Assembly (NCBI RefSeq): GCF_018350175.1
Contig: NC_058370.1
Span: forward strand, 119,102,001 to 119,166,000
DNA from: Felis catus
Lineage: Eukaryota
DNA length: 64,000 nt
Direction of reading: 5' to 3'
The position numbers were made by a program, and so were the translations under genes. Shown in pieces: positions 1 to 10,824 of this stretch. The stretch's first letter is position 1; every line of letters begins with the position of its first letter. The notes beneath the pieces were generated by a model that did not search any database, was not told the DNA's origin, and saw only the letters and a program-made list of their open reading frames with translations.

Positions 1-654
1 ACTTTGCCCCTCCGACCTTGAAAGGCTGCAACTCCCTAGCCCCAGGGAAGGCCGCACCCAGAGTCCTTGCTAAGCCTCCACAGCTCTGCTTTCTCCCAGC
101 CACCCCAACCCGACCAAAGGCCCGCCGACTTATATCCCAAATGTGCCTGCAGAGGCCCGATGCTCACAGGTTGCAGTAAGGGCCTGGAAGCCCTAGGACT
201 CCAGCAAGGGAAATGGGCCTTTGGCAGGCTAATTACTGGGAGCTGATTCTATTAAGCAGATAGCTCGCTCTAGGCAAAGCAATTACATCTAATCAGACCC
301 TTGCAGCAGTCCAAAGGGACAGCCATTTGAGCCAGACATGTGTGTGAGTAGGAACATCAAAGCAGCGTGAGGCTCAGGTCTAGGCGGGCTGGTCTGGGGC
401 TAGGGGCTGCTCAGGAAGTGGTCCGCTGGTCCCTTCCCCAGGTTGCCAGATCTCAGGCCACAGTGGGGCTGCAGCATATGGAGGTGGCCTTGAATGTGGA
501 CTCAAAGATCTAGGTCGAGAGCTGGCACTTCCACAAAAGAGCCAAATTTCAGTGGGGAGAGCACTTCTCTGACCTGAGCCTCAGTTTCCCGGTCTGTCAA
601 GCGAATAAGATAACCTGAAAAGGATTCATTCTGAGTTTAAAACTGTAGTCCATC

Positions 655-838
655 TCAATATTGTACCGTATACTTAAAAATTCCCCAGGAGGGAAGATCT
701 TTTGTTAAGTGTTCTTGTGACAAATAACAATCATAGTAAGTGAGGAGAGCAGAAGGAAATTTTTCGAGGTGATGGTTATGGTTATGGCATAGATTGCGGT
801 GATAGCTTCACAGATGTATACTTATCTCTGAACTCAGC
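655..838 (+). mobile_element. Old LINE-1 3' UTR fragment (L1MA/L1MB-like), runs into an N gap
   Basis: TATACTTAAAAATT...AGATCTTTTGTTAAGTGTTCTT...GAGGTGATGG...GATTGCGGTGATAGCTTCACAGATGTATAC resembles eutherian L1MA/MB 3' ends. Confidence 0.7.
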
Positions 839-966
839 NNNNNNNNNNNNNNNNNNNNNNNNNNNNNNNNNNNNNNNNNNNNNNNNNNNNNNNNNNNNNN
901 NNNNNNNNNNNNNNNNNNNNNNNNNNNNNNNNNNNNNNNNNNNNNNNNNNNNNNNNNNNNNNNNNN
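839..966. other. Assembly gap (128 N)
   Basis: Run of N. Confidence 1.
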
Positions 967-1057
967 CATATTTGGATTCTAGTCCAGGATGGAAATATAT
1001 GCTGCAGGGTCTAATTACTCAGACTATGTTTTTAAAAATAACTGAAAAGATATATTT

Positions 1058-1277
1058 AAAAAATTTTTTTTTAATGTTTATTTATTTTTAAGAGAGGGAG
1101 AGACACAGAGTGTGAACAGGGGAGGAGCAGAGAGAGAGGGAGACACAGAATCCGAAGCAAGCTCCAGGCTCTGAGCCGCCAGCACAGAGCCTGATGTGGG
1201 GCTCGAACCCATGAACTGTGAGATCATGACCTGAGCCGAAGTCGGACGCCCAACCGACCGAGCCACCCAGGTGCCCC
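1058..1277 (-). mobile_element. Felid CanSINE (SINEC_Fc-type), full length
   Basis: Reverse-strand tRNA-like head (A/B boxes), (CT)n, A tail; TSD TGAAAAGATATATTT / TGAAATGATATATTT. Confidence 0.97.
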
Positions 1278-1724
1278 TGAAATGATATATTTTTAAAAAT
1301 GATGGATGCCCTCCTCTAGAAATTTAATGAAATGTGTGTTTCTGAAAAACTAGCCATGATTTTTTTTTTTTTAACCACAATTCAGTGGCTTCTGAGTCCC
1401 AGATTCTTGAAGGAAGTTAGGTGATGCTAGAGACGGAGAAAATGGCAGAGGAGGTCCCTGGAGATGATATGAGCAAGACGGAGACAGGTGACATCCGGGC
1501 CATGGCAGGGCCCCTTCTATCTGTGCTTGCTCCCTTCCCAGAGGAAGAACTCTGTGAAAGATCTCCGGATACTGGTAGGATGTGGAGGAGAGATTTTAAA
1601 CATCAGCCCCTTCCAGCCCTGAAATTCTGGGTCGTGACCAAGCAACTGGTGTGTGACCCAAACTCATCCGAGGAGTAGGCTCATGGAGGAAACAGAAGGC
1701 AGTGACCAGCTGTGGGACCTGGGC

Positions 1725-1829
1725 CAGTCATGGCCCCTCTGTGAGCCTCGGTTTCCTCCTTAAATGGTGGAGCGGACTCCACAGTGCCTCCCTCACATGG
1801 TGGTTGGGGGACTCCAAGATGATGAATGT
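1725..1829 (+). mobile_element. MIR fragment
   Basis: CTCTGTGAGCCTCGGTTTCCTC core plus CCTCACATGGTGGTTGG. Confidence 0.6.
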
Positions 1830-2047
1830 AAAACTAAGAGTAATTAATTTGATTATGAGGTGAGACTATGCACTAAAAAGCTCCTGTACAGTGAAGGAAA
1901 TCATCCATAAAATGAAAGGGCAGCCTATGGAATGGGAGAAAATATTTGCAAATCATTTATCTGATAAGGGTTCAAATCCAAGATATATAAAGAACTCATA
2001 CAACTTAGTAGAAAAAACCCCCAAACAATCCAGTTAAAAAATGGACA

Positions 2048-2266
2048 GGGGCGCCTGAGTGACTCAGTCCATTTAAGCGTCTGACTTTGGCTCAGGTCAT
2101 GGTCTCGCGGTTCATGAGTTCGAGCCCCGCATGGGGCTCTGTGCTGACAGCTCGGAGCTTGGAGCCAGCTTCGGATTCCGTGTCTTCCTCTCTCTCTGCC
2201 CCTCCCTTGCTCACGCTCTGTCTGTCTGTCTGCCTCAAAAATAAATAAACATTAAAAAATTTTAAA
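2048..2266 (+). mobile_element. Felid CanSINE inserted in L1
   Basis: GGGGCGCCTGAGTGACTCAG...GTTCGAGCCCC...AAAATAAATAAACATTAAAAAA. Confidence 0.96.
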
Positions 2267-2468
2267 NNNNNNNNNNNNNNNNNNNNNNNNNNNNNNNNNN
2301 NNNNNNNNNNNNNNNNNNNNNNNNNNNNNNNNNNNNNNNNNNNNNNNNNNNNNNNNNNNNNNNNNNNNNNNNNNNNNNNNNNNNNNNNNNNNNNNNNNNN
2401 NNNNNNNNNNNNNNNNNNNNNNNNNNNNNNNNNNNNNNNNNNNNNNNNNNNNNNNNNNNNNNNNNNNN
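2267..2468. other. Assembly gap (202 N)
   Basis: Run of N. Confidence 1.
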
Positions 2469-3784
2469 CACACGCTGTTGGTGGGAACGTAAGTTGAGGC
2501 AGCCATTAGGGAGACTGTATGGAGGTTCTCCAAAAACGTTAAAAATAGAACGACTGTATGATCCAGCAATTCCATTTCTGGGTATGTGAAGGAAATAAAG
2601 TCACTACCTTGAGAAGATACCTGCACCCCCATGTTCATTGCAGTATTGTTTACAAAACCAAGACATGGAAACAACCTAAGTGTCCATTGATGATGGGTGG
2701 ATAAAGAAAACATATAATAATAATGGCAAATAATAATGGCATATTATTCAGGCATAAAAAAGAAAGAAATCCTGCCATTGGCGACAGCATGGATGGAACT
2801 TGAGGGCATTGCACTGAGCTAAATGAGTCAGAGAAAGACAAACACCCGTGATCTCATTTATATGTGAAATCTGAAAAAAAAAAAAACCCAAAAAACAACA
2901 AACTGAACTCACAGATTCGGAAAGCAGAGTGATGGTTGCCAGAGGGTGAGGTGTGGGCAAAATGGGTAAAAGTGGTCAAAAGGTACGGACTTCCAGTTAT
3001 AAGATAAAGAAAGCCTCCTGGGATGTAACATACAACACGGTGGCTGCAATTAACAATGCCGTCTGGTATATTTGAAAGTTGTTAAGAGAGTAGACCTTCA
3101 AAATTCTCATAATAGGAACAAAACTTGTAACTATGTGTGGAGATGGGTGCCAGCTAAATTTATTGTGGCCATCGTTTCATAGAGTACACAGATGTTAAGT
3201 CATTATGTTGTACACTAAACTAATACAATGGCGTATGTCAGTTATATCTCAATTAAAAAAAAGAAAAAAAAGATGAGAATGTTCTTGTTAACAGCCGGGA
3301 CCCAGCTCTCCCTCTCCGGCCCTTCTCTCTGTTTCAGTTTTCATGATTGTAGCTTTGAGAGCAGGATGGCCTTGGGGGAGCAGACCGTGAGGGCCACCTG
3401 ACTTCCAGCTTTCCCTGGCCTTGGTGATCTCAGATAGCTGGTGTAAGTAGACCAAAGCTTTGGTCTGTCCTCAAAGAGGAGCCCTCGTGCTGACTGGCAT
3501 CCAGCGGCCTTGCTCGGCCACGCATAGCCTTTGGGCATTTGTTGCGGGGAGAAGAAGCAACCTTGATTGGGACGCTGGGGTTGAGGAGAGCTGAGTCTCC
3601 TGGATTAGGCTGGCAGGGAGGAGGACGGGGGTAGGATATGCAGGGAGGTGGAGGCACCAAGAAAGCTTGGATTGCCCTGCTCCTCAGCACCCCACACGAA
3701 TCATTTTCCAGGAGAGAGGCCAAAAGGAAGAAGCCACTCTCTCCCCCATGTTATTCCAGGAGTGGTGGGAGGGAAGCCTGGACC

Positions 3785-3875
3785 CAGAGCTTGTTGGAAA
3801 GCCTGGAGCACCAGCCCGAGAATCTGCAGTGCTACTTGGAGGCAGTGGAGGGGCCTGAAAGGTGTGTGGGCAGAG
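3785..3875 (-). mobile_element. LINE-2 fragment
   Basis: GGAAAGCCTGGAGCACCAG...GGCAGTGGAGGGGCCTGAAAGGTGTG resembles antisense L2. Confidence 0.45.
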
Positions 3876-4129
3876 CTATTCCAGCACGAGGTCGTGGCCG
3901 TCCGAGCCAAGCCTGCATTCCTCGGGGTGGCCTCCACAATCTGCCCTTCCGACCTCTCTGGCCTCATCCCCTCTGGTCCACTTAGGGCTCTTGTCACCAG
4001 CCATCCTGTATCCTTCACGATCCTTCCAAATGCTCCAGGCTCTTTCTTGCCTTTCTGCCGGAAATGCACATCTTCCCAATTACATATGTAATTGCACTTA
4101 GTGCTCCCCAAAGCCCTTGGAATGGCAGC

Positions 4130-4270
4130 ATTCCCATTTTGCAGATGATGAAACTGAGGCTCATCGTGAAGCAATTTGTCTAAGGGCTTATAGGTAAATG
4201 CACGACAGCTACAGCACTCAAGCCTAGATCAGTTTGACTCCAAAGTCTATGCTTTGACTTTTCTGCCACA
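4130..4270 (-). mobile_element. MIR
   Basis: CCCATTTTGCAGATGATGAAACTGAGGCTCA...TGACTCCAAAGTC. Confidence 0.85.
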
Positions 4271-4384
4271 TTGCCTCTCTAGAAAATGATTGAGGGCAGA
4301 ACAAGGTAGCAATAGGGGGGAAGAACAGAAGGTGCTATCAATACAGGACCTGGCACGTAGAGCTTAAAAAATACTAGCTGTGTT

Positions 4385-4582
4385 GGGGTGCCTGGGTAGC
4401 TCAGTTGGTTAAGTGTCTGACTCTTGATTTCGGCCCAGGCCATGATCTCATGGTTCGTGAGTTCGAGCCCCGCATCAGGCTCTACACTGATAGTGTCTAG
4501 CCTGCTTTGGATTCTTGCTCTCCCTCTCTCTCTGCCCCTCTCTGTCTCTCTCTCAAAAGTAAATAAACACACATTAAAAAAA
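4385..4582 (+). mobile_element. CanSINE (older GACTCTTGATTTCGGC type), first of a tandem pair
   Basis: Full head, (CT)n, A tail; flanked by ATACTAGCTGT copies. Confidence 0.95.
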
Positions 4583-4594
4583 GATACTAGCTGT

Positions 4595-4804
4595 GGGGCG
4601 TCTGGGTGGCTCAGTTGGTTAAGTGTCTGACTTTGGCTCAGGTCATGTTCTCACAGTTCCTGGGTCCGAGCCCTGTGTCAGGCTCTGTGATGATAGCTCA
4701 GAGCCTGGAGCCTGCTTGGATTCTGTGTGTCCCTCTCTCTCTGCCCCTCCCCTGCTCACGCTATGTCTCTCTCTTTCTCTCAAAACTAAATAAACATTAA
4801 AAAA
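4595..4804 (+). mobile_element. Felid CanSINE (GACTTTGGCTCAGG...AGAGCCTGGAGCCTG type), second of the tandem pair
   Basis: Full head, (CT)n, A tail; followed by AAAATACTAGCTGTGT. Confidence 0.95.
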
Positions 4805-5794
4805 AAATACTAGCTGTGTGAATGAATAGGCAGCTCAGAGAGGATGGCCATAGAAAGGTCCAGGACCCGGCACCCGGGTTTGCTCCAAGAGGGACAGACG
4901 CTTGACTCTGAGTAGGAAACAGGGCAGAACGGAAGGGGAGGCCAGCTTGCCAAGGGGCTGGGAGATAGGACTGTCGTGAACAATCGGGACTCAGTGACCA
5001 ATCCGAGGTGACGGAGGAGGCCAAGCTGCCCATGGCCCAGCCCTAGCACAGTGCTCAGCACCTGGCCCAGACAGGGACTCTGAAGGGTCTCTAGACTGTG
5101 CACAAATTGGAGGATGGCTTTGAGGCTTTGAGTTGGGTGCCTGGGAGAAGGGCAGTGTTTTCAGTGCACCAAGGGATATGACAGGGAAGAACCACTCAAC
5201 CACCTGGTTGAGGGCGGGTCTTGGTGTTGGGTCATCCCGGGGAGGCACAGGTGGGTACCTGGTCTTTGCACTGTGCAGATCTCAGATGGTCCAGAGACGG
5301 CGCATGGAATCCATAGCACGACGGGGAGATGGAGATCAGCTGGGAGGCGGCACTCAGGCGGAAGTGCACCACGCTGTCAGGGAGATGGAAAAAATGATGT
5401 CGTTAAGGAACAATGTGGCCAAAGGAATGAGCTGTAACTTGTTGGATCCAAAAGGACAAATGGGAAAACGGCTGCCAGAGGCACAGGGGTGTCTGATGAT
5501 GGCCTGACACTGCCCTGGGGGAGGGACTGAGCCCCAGCCCAGAGGCCAGAATAGAATTACCCTATAGGCTTCGCAGACCCTTTCTGTCCCTTAATACCTT
5601 GGCAAACAAACCTTCTGGTCTATTAATAAAGGCTTGATGAATTGAGTCAGGATAGACCTGCTGGCCAGAGAACTCTGCCCTGTTTCAACGGAGTAGATCT
5701 AGGGAGGCAGCTGTGAGGCAGAGGAAAAAGGCCAGGTTCCGGGCTTGGCATCCCTGGGTGGGTTTTACTCCTGCCCGGCTGTGAGCCTTCCTTC

Positions 5795-5992
5795 TTTTTT
5801 AAAAATATTTATTTATTTTTGGAAGAGCGCAAGCCGGGGAGGGGCAGAGAGAAGGGGACAGAGGATCGAAGTGGGATCTGCACTGACAGGCTGACAGCCG
5901 TGAGCCCGATGTGGGGCTCGAACTCACGAACTGCGAGATCATGACCTGAGCCGAAGTCAGATGCTCAACAGACTGAAACACTCAGGTGACCC
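5795..5992 (-). mobile_element. Felid CanSINE (short variant with CTGACAG duplication)
   Basis: TTTATTTATTTTT...GGGGCTCGAACTCACGAACTGCGAGATCATGACCTGAGCCGAAGTC. Confidence 0.95.
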
Positions 5993-6811
5993 TGAACCTG
6001 CCTACCTTCTTAAGATGGGTTGGAAGGATTGGGTGAGATACTGGACCACTAGTCCTTAAATCAGGACTGGCATGCCGAGAGGACTTCCTTCCCTTCCTTC
6101 TGTTCCCTCTTTCCTGGATAAGGGCTGGGGAAAACCCAACCCCGAGGCAGAGCCCAGGGAGGAATCCCCAGTGGGCTGAGGTGATCTGGCCAAGGGAAGG
6201 GGCTTGCTGGGTCTGACTGGGGTGGGTGGGCCATGGAAAGACTGAGCTGGTTAGAGGCAGGCGAGACACTCAGCAGAGACCCAGTGGAGATTTAGAATCT
6301 CGAGATAAGCGCCAAAGGGAACTTACATGCGTGTGTAAGTGGGTTGGTGGGTGTGGGGGGTTCAACTGGCCTAAGTTGCCACTTAAGAGGTGAGGAAACA
6401 GGCCCAGAGAGGGGAAGGGTCAAGGGAATGCAACATGATGACAGCGCCTGGATCTTGATTGAGTCGGAACCCCATTGCTGAGTTTCTGCCTAGCGCAGAA
6501 GGTGATGGGCCTCCAGGCAATGGCCAGGGCACCAGACTTGAGAGGAGGTAGTTGTGTTGACCTTCGGAATCTGGAGAAACTGGAACCTACTTTTTTACTG
6601 TAGTCAAATTGTTGAGAATCCAGTTAGCCCTGTGTGGGGCTCCAGCTCACCTCCCGCTGCCCTGGTGGGGCGGGGCGGGGGGTCCAGCCTTCTTCAGAGG
6701 GGGGTCTTCTGGGAATTTTGGGCTAGGAAGCTTTAGGGTCTGGTAGGCAGGGACTCCAAAAGGTGGCTGACCTCCAGGGGCTTGGCTGGGGGATACAAAT
6801 GGCCACACTAA

Positions 6812-7022
6812 GGGGCGCCTGGGTGGCTTAGTTGGTTAAGCGTCTGACTTCAGCTTGCGGTCTGTGAGTTTGAGCCCCGTGTCGGGCTCGGTGCTGACAG
6901 CTCAGAGCCTGGCACCTGCTTCAGATTCTGTGTCTCCCTCTCTCTCTGCCCCTGCCTTGCTTATGATCTCTCTCTCTCAAAAATAAATAAACATTTTAAA
7001 AAATTTTAAAAATTAGGGAAAA
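6812..7022 (+). mobile_element. Felid CanSINE with a short internal deletion
   Basis: Perfect TSD ACAAATGGCCACACTAA; lacks the CAGGTCATGATC segment. Confidence 0.96.
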
Positions 7023-7829
7023 ACAAATGGCCACACTAAGGCCTCTGTCCACCTGCCAGTGATGACCCCAGAAATAATTCTCCTATTTTCCCCCCAACTC
7101 AGTTGTAAGAGCACATATCCTGTGCACGTATGGTCGCACTGTCACATCCATTTTCCCAAGGAGGGAGGAAGTCTCCACGGTCCACCAGGACAGTAAATGG
7201 TGGATGTAGGACTCCTGGGTTGTTCCCCACAACACCCTGTGGTCTTTGCATCTTCCTCCTCCCTCTGCATACGCCTCTAGAGTCTTCCTTGTGGCCTGTG
7301 GTTCCCTTCAGCTGGTAGACCAGGTCCCCTGAACTCCTTTAACTGAGTCCCACTTCTTAGCTCCTGTGTCTGAGCCTTTTTGCTTTCTGGCTGGACCAAC
7401 TTTCTCCCCAAGAATGGAGAGAGGGACTCAGGAAGGGAAAGCTCCATGCCTCTGTACACAGAGGGAAACTGAGGCACAGAACTGGCCTGCACCAAGGCCA
7501 GGAGCCAACGTCCCTGTCCCCAGGTCCAGCAAGAGAGGCCTAGAGCTGCAAGAAATATAGCAGACAGAGAAACACTGTTCTGTTTTCTTAAGCTCCCAGC
7601 TGGGACTCAGAACACCAAATCCTCTTTGAAAAAACAGGAAGAGGACTTATAAAAAAGCAAGATATTGACATTCTGAAACTGGACACCCCCATATAGAGAT
7701 TAACTTCTTTCTTAAGCATTTTTTTTTTCATTTCCATAAGCATCTTAATTCATGCCAACATCATGGCCAGCCTGGATTGTGGATGGTTGGAGAGAAGGAT
7801 GGCCTTGTCTTAGCCACATATTTACATAT

Positions 7830-7831
<2 letters not shown>

Positions 7832-7901
<70 letters not shown>
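7832..7901. repeat. Compound (CT)n(CA)n microsatellite
   Basis: Directly visible. Confidence 0.98.
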
Positions 7902-7903
<2 letters not shown>

Positions 7904-7959
7904 GGGGAAGTAGAAAGAACATTGGAAAAAGAGCCAAAAACCTGAGCTTTATTTCCAGT

Positions 7960-8040
7960 CTGTCACTGAACCTTGAACCTCAGTTTCCTCATCTGTAAAG
8001 GGGGTGGTTGGACCAACCAGTTCTCTAAGATTCCTTCCCA
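7960..8040 (+). mobile_element. MIR core
   Basis: CCTCAGTTTCCTCATCTGTAAAGGGG...TTGGAC...TCTAAGATTCCTTCC. Confidence 0.8.
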
Positions 8041-8854
8041 GCCTGCCCTCTGGAAGCTGCTTGCTCCAGCACTGTGGGTTGCCCGCTCCCTTATTTCCCA
8101 CTCTTTCTCCTCCCCCCCAACTTCTCAAGGGCCCTGCCTGTGTCTTCCAGAACTTCTCTGACAGCCTTCAGGCCTGGTCAGGCAAACCCTGGGAAGGAGG
8201 GGACGGAGAGGCATGCCTTCTGGATCTGGGCTGGGCCAGGATGACTTTTATGGTTCTTTCAGCTCTGCTGTAAGGTGCAAAGTCACATGGAAAGCACTCA
8301 GCATGAGGTAGATGCTTCCCAAAGCCCACTTTCCCCCTCCTGCTCCCTCTTTTTAGTTCACCTGGATGCCTATCCACATCTGGGGCCATGTTCCCTTTCA
8401 TCACCCATGGAAGAAGCCATATCGTTTTTTCTAGTTTAAGTTCTCCTCAGCCTGTGTCGTGTGGGTCCAGTCTGAACCCACTGGTGGTTCTCTGTGCGTT
8501 CAGGTTGAAGACCTGGACCTCACTGTGGCCTGTGGGCTCTTAGGGATCCTCTCCCCCCGACCTCCCCAGCCTGGCTTTGAGGTCCACTTGCCCTGGCCTT
8601 CTGGGCTTTGCGAGGCTTCTGTCAGGTCCCCAAACTCACCATGTTCCTTCCATCTCAGCGTGAACCCTACCTCTGCCTGGGCTCACCCTGTCTCCACCCG
8701 GCACACACCTGCTCTTCTGATGGTCCCTTCTCCAGGGAAATCCTCCTTGGCCCCAGAGAGGTCAGGTCCCTCATGCTATGGTCCTCTGGCTCCCCTCTCC
8801 TCCTTGACGATGAACCACCATCCCAACGAAAAGACCAGTTGCACCTCAAACACT

Positions 8855-8990
8855 GGATGTCTGTCTCTCCCACTGCACCGTAAGTTCCAGGAAGGCAGAG
8901 ACAGGTCGGTGCGTCTGTTTGGTTCAACACTGTCTCCCCAGCACCTGCACGTCTGATGCTCAACATGTACTTTTGAGTACACGAATGACT
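8855..8990 (+). mobile_element. LINE-2 3' end
   Basis: TGTCTCTCCCACT...GTAAGTTCCAGGAAGGCAGAGAC...TCCCCAGCACCT...TGCTCAA...GAATGA. Confidence 0.8.
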
Positions 8991-9559
8991 GGCGTCCAAA
9001 ATTGCTCTCTTTAAACACACCTGAAACACGGCTCCACACCTTCCATGAAATCGGGGCACAGAGTTCCCTGAAATAGCTTTACTCTTCTCTGGGTAGAGAG
9101 CTGGCCTTTCCTAAAGCTTCCTCCTTTTCCCTCAAGTTTCTTTTTAAACGTTTCTCTGACCTGCCAACATTATCAGCCTGCGCAAGCAACAGAGTTCACG
9201 TCCACGTTTCGGTTCCTTGCATCTTCCAACAAGCCCGATCGTTTTCACCCTTTGATTTTGTTCCGCTGTTAGGGCTGGAGCCAACAGGGGTTATTCTGGG
9301 CCCTGGGGTGGAGGGCAGCTGTGGGCTAGCCCTGACTCCGCGAGGACCAGGAGAGAGGTGCGGGGTATCCTCAGTGGCCTTGGGGAGAGGTAGATCATGA
9401 CGGTGGTCTGGTTCTGGCTGGAGCAGAGGTTATAGGAACCCCCTTTGTCATTCTGGTCAGCATCCCTCAAGGTAGGCTCATGGAACAAAGGCTCCTTGAG
9501 ATGTTCTCCAGAAGAAAGGATCCTGTGTCCAAATGTGTTTAGGGGAACTGAGCATCACT

Positions 9560-10050
9560 CAGAGTTCGTTCTTGTTTGCAAGCATCAGAAGCCAATTCTG
9601 CTAACTTAAGTTTAAAAGGGGTTTATTCTAAGGATCTTGGGTAGCTCACAGAATCTCCTGTAGAGCCAGAAAACCAAGGTCAGAGGCAAAGCAGCCAGGA
9701 ACAAGGGCCAAAGGACTGGCCCCACGCTGCCACCACTGGGCACATACATTAGCTTGTGCCACCAGCTCTACCAACACTGAGTGCTGCCTCTAGAACTGTC
9801 ACCAGTGTAGGCTCTGGAGGTAGAAGGTAGCCGCCGTCCTCTCCAGAGCGGCTTCTGCATAGTTACCGCCACTTTGCATCACGAGTTTGGGGTTCAAAGC
9901 CTGGGGAGGTGCATCCTGTCGGTTGGGTGAGGTCATGCGCCTGCACCCTACCTCACGAGAGGCTGGAACAGTGTGAATTGGCCCCTTTCAGCTTCTGTAC
10001 TGGGTGGCAGCCGCTGCTTCACAGCAGAGAGGAGAGCCTCACATATGGCA
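9560..10050 (-). mobile_element. MaLR LTR (MLT1J/K/L-like)
   Basis: TTGCAAGCATCAGAAGCCAATTCTGCTAACTTAAG...TTTATT...GGGTAGCTCACAGAATC typical of old MLT1. Confidence 0.6.
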
Positions 10051-10146
10051 GGGGAGAGCAGACCCTGAGTGTCCCCTAAGAATCACAACCGTTCTCTTCG
10101 CTGTGGACCCTGGACACTTCCCTTGGGAGTTTGCAAAGTTCCAGGC

Positions 10147-10356
10147 CAGGGTTTCTGGATCTCAGCCCTGTTGACGTTTTGGACTAGATGGTTCCGTGCG
10201 GTGGGGCCGTCCTGTGCACTACAGGATGTCCAGCAGCATCCAGCTCCCTACTCACTGGATGCCACCAGCACTCCTCCAGTCGTGACAACGCAAAATGTCT
10301 AAATATATTGCCAAATGTTCCCCAGGGATGGATTTGCCCCTGGCTGAGAACCGCTG
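10147..10356 (-). mobile_element. MER20 (hAT-Charlie non-autonomous DNA transposon), full length
   Basis: Terminal inverted ends CAGGGTTTCT / AGAACCGCTG; internal TGTGCACTACAGGATG, GTGACAAC..AAAATGTCT, TTGCCAAATGTTCCC. Confidence 0.9.
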
Positions 10357-10599
10357 CTTCAGGAGATCTGTGGGAAATCTGTAATATGTTTGAGGAACCA
10401 GGATTGGTTTAACCTTACTGACCACGGAAAATTTTTTTCCTGTAGCACCCTTTGACTTTATCTCACAGAACTTATTTTGGAGAAATGCTGGGCTGGAAAC
10501 TGGGGACGTCATTCTAGGAATTTCATGGGGCTTGAAAGTTGCATGGGCCAAATGGCCCCAGGGGCAAAAAGGTCTCCCTGCCATCGCCTCCCCCACTTT

Positions 10600-10824
10600 T
10601 TTTTTTTTTAATTTTTTTTTTCAACGTTTATTTATTTTTGGGACAGAGAGAGACAGAGCATGAACAGGCGAGGGGCAGAGAGAGAGGGAGACACAGAATC
10701 GGAAACAGGCTCCAGGCTCTGAGCCATCAGCCAAGAGCCCGATGTGGGGCTTGAACCCACAGACCGCGAGATCGTGACCTGGCTGAAGCCGGACGCTTAA
10801 CCGACTGCGCCACCCAGGCGCCCC
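10600..10824 (-). mobile_element. Young felid CanSINE (GGCGCAG / AGCCAGGTCACG subfamily)
   Basis: Diagnostic CGTGACCTGGCTGAAG and ACTGCGCCACCC; TSD GCCTCCCCCACTTTT. Confidence 0.98.

Larger units (their letters stand above)
1830..3269 (+). mobile_element. 5'-truncated LINE-1 (L1MA9-like): ORF2 C-terminus and 3' UTR, interrupted by a SINE and a gap
   Basis: GAATGGGAGAAAATATTTGCAAATC, CCCATGTTCATTGCAG, TGGATGGAACTTGAGGGCATT, 3' end GTCAGTTATATCTCAATT-polyA; probable TSD AAGATGATGAATGT / AAGATGAGAATGT. Confidence 0.9.

Noticed and set aside
1421-1678. Acidic, protein-looking 85-aa ORF
   Set aside because: No recognisable homology and no convincing splice or promoter context. It is purine-rich sequence that can stay open by chance.
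3638-3985. ORF segment LLESLEHQPENLQCYLEAVEG that looks like an exon
   Set aside because: The nucleotide sequence fits an antisense LINE-2 fragment better.
4366-4820. Repeat-spacer-repeat pattern resembling a CRISPR-like array
   Set aside because: The repeats are target-site duplications and the spacers are SINEs in a mammalian genome.
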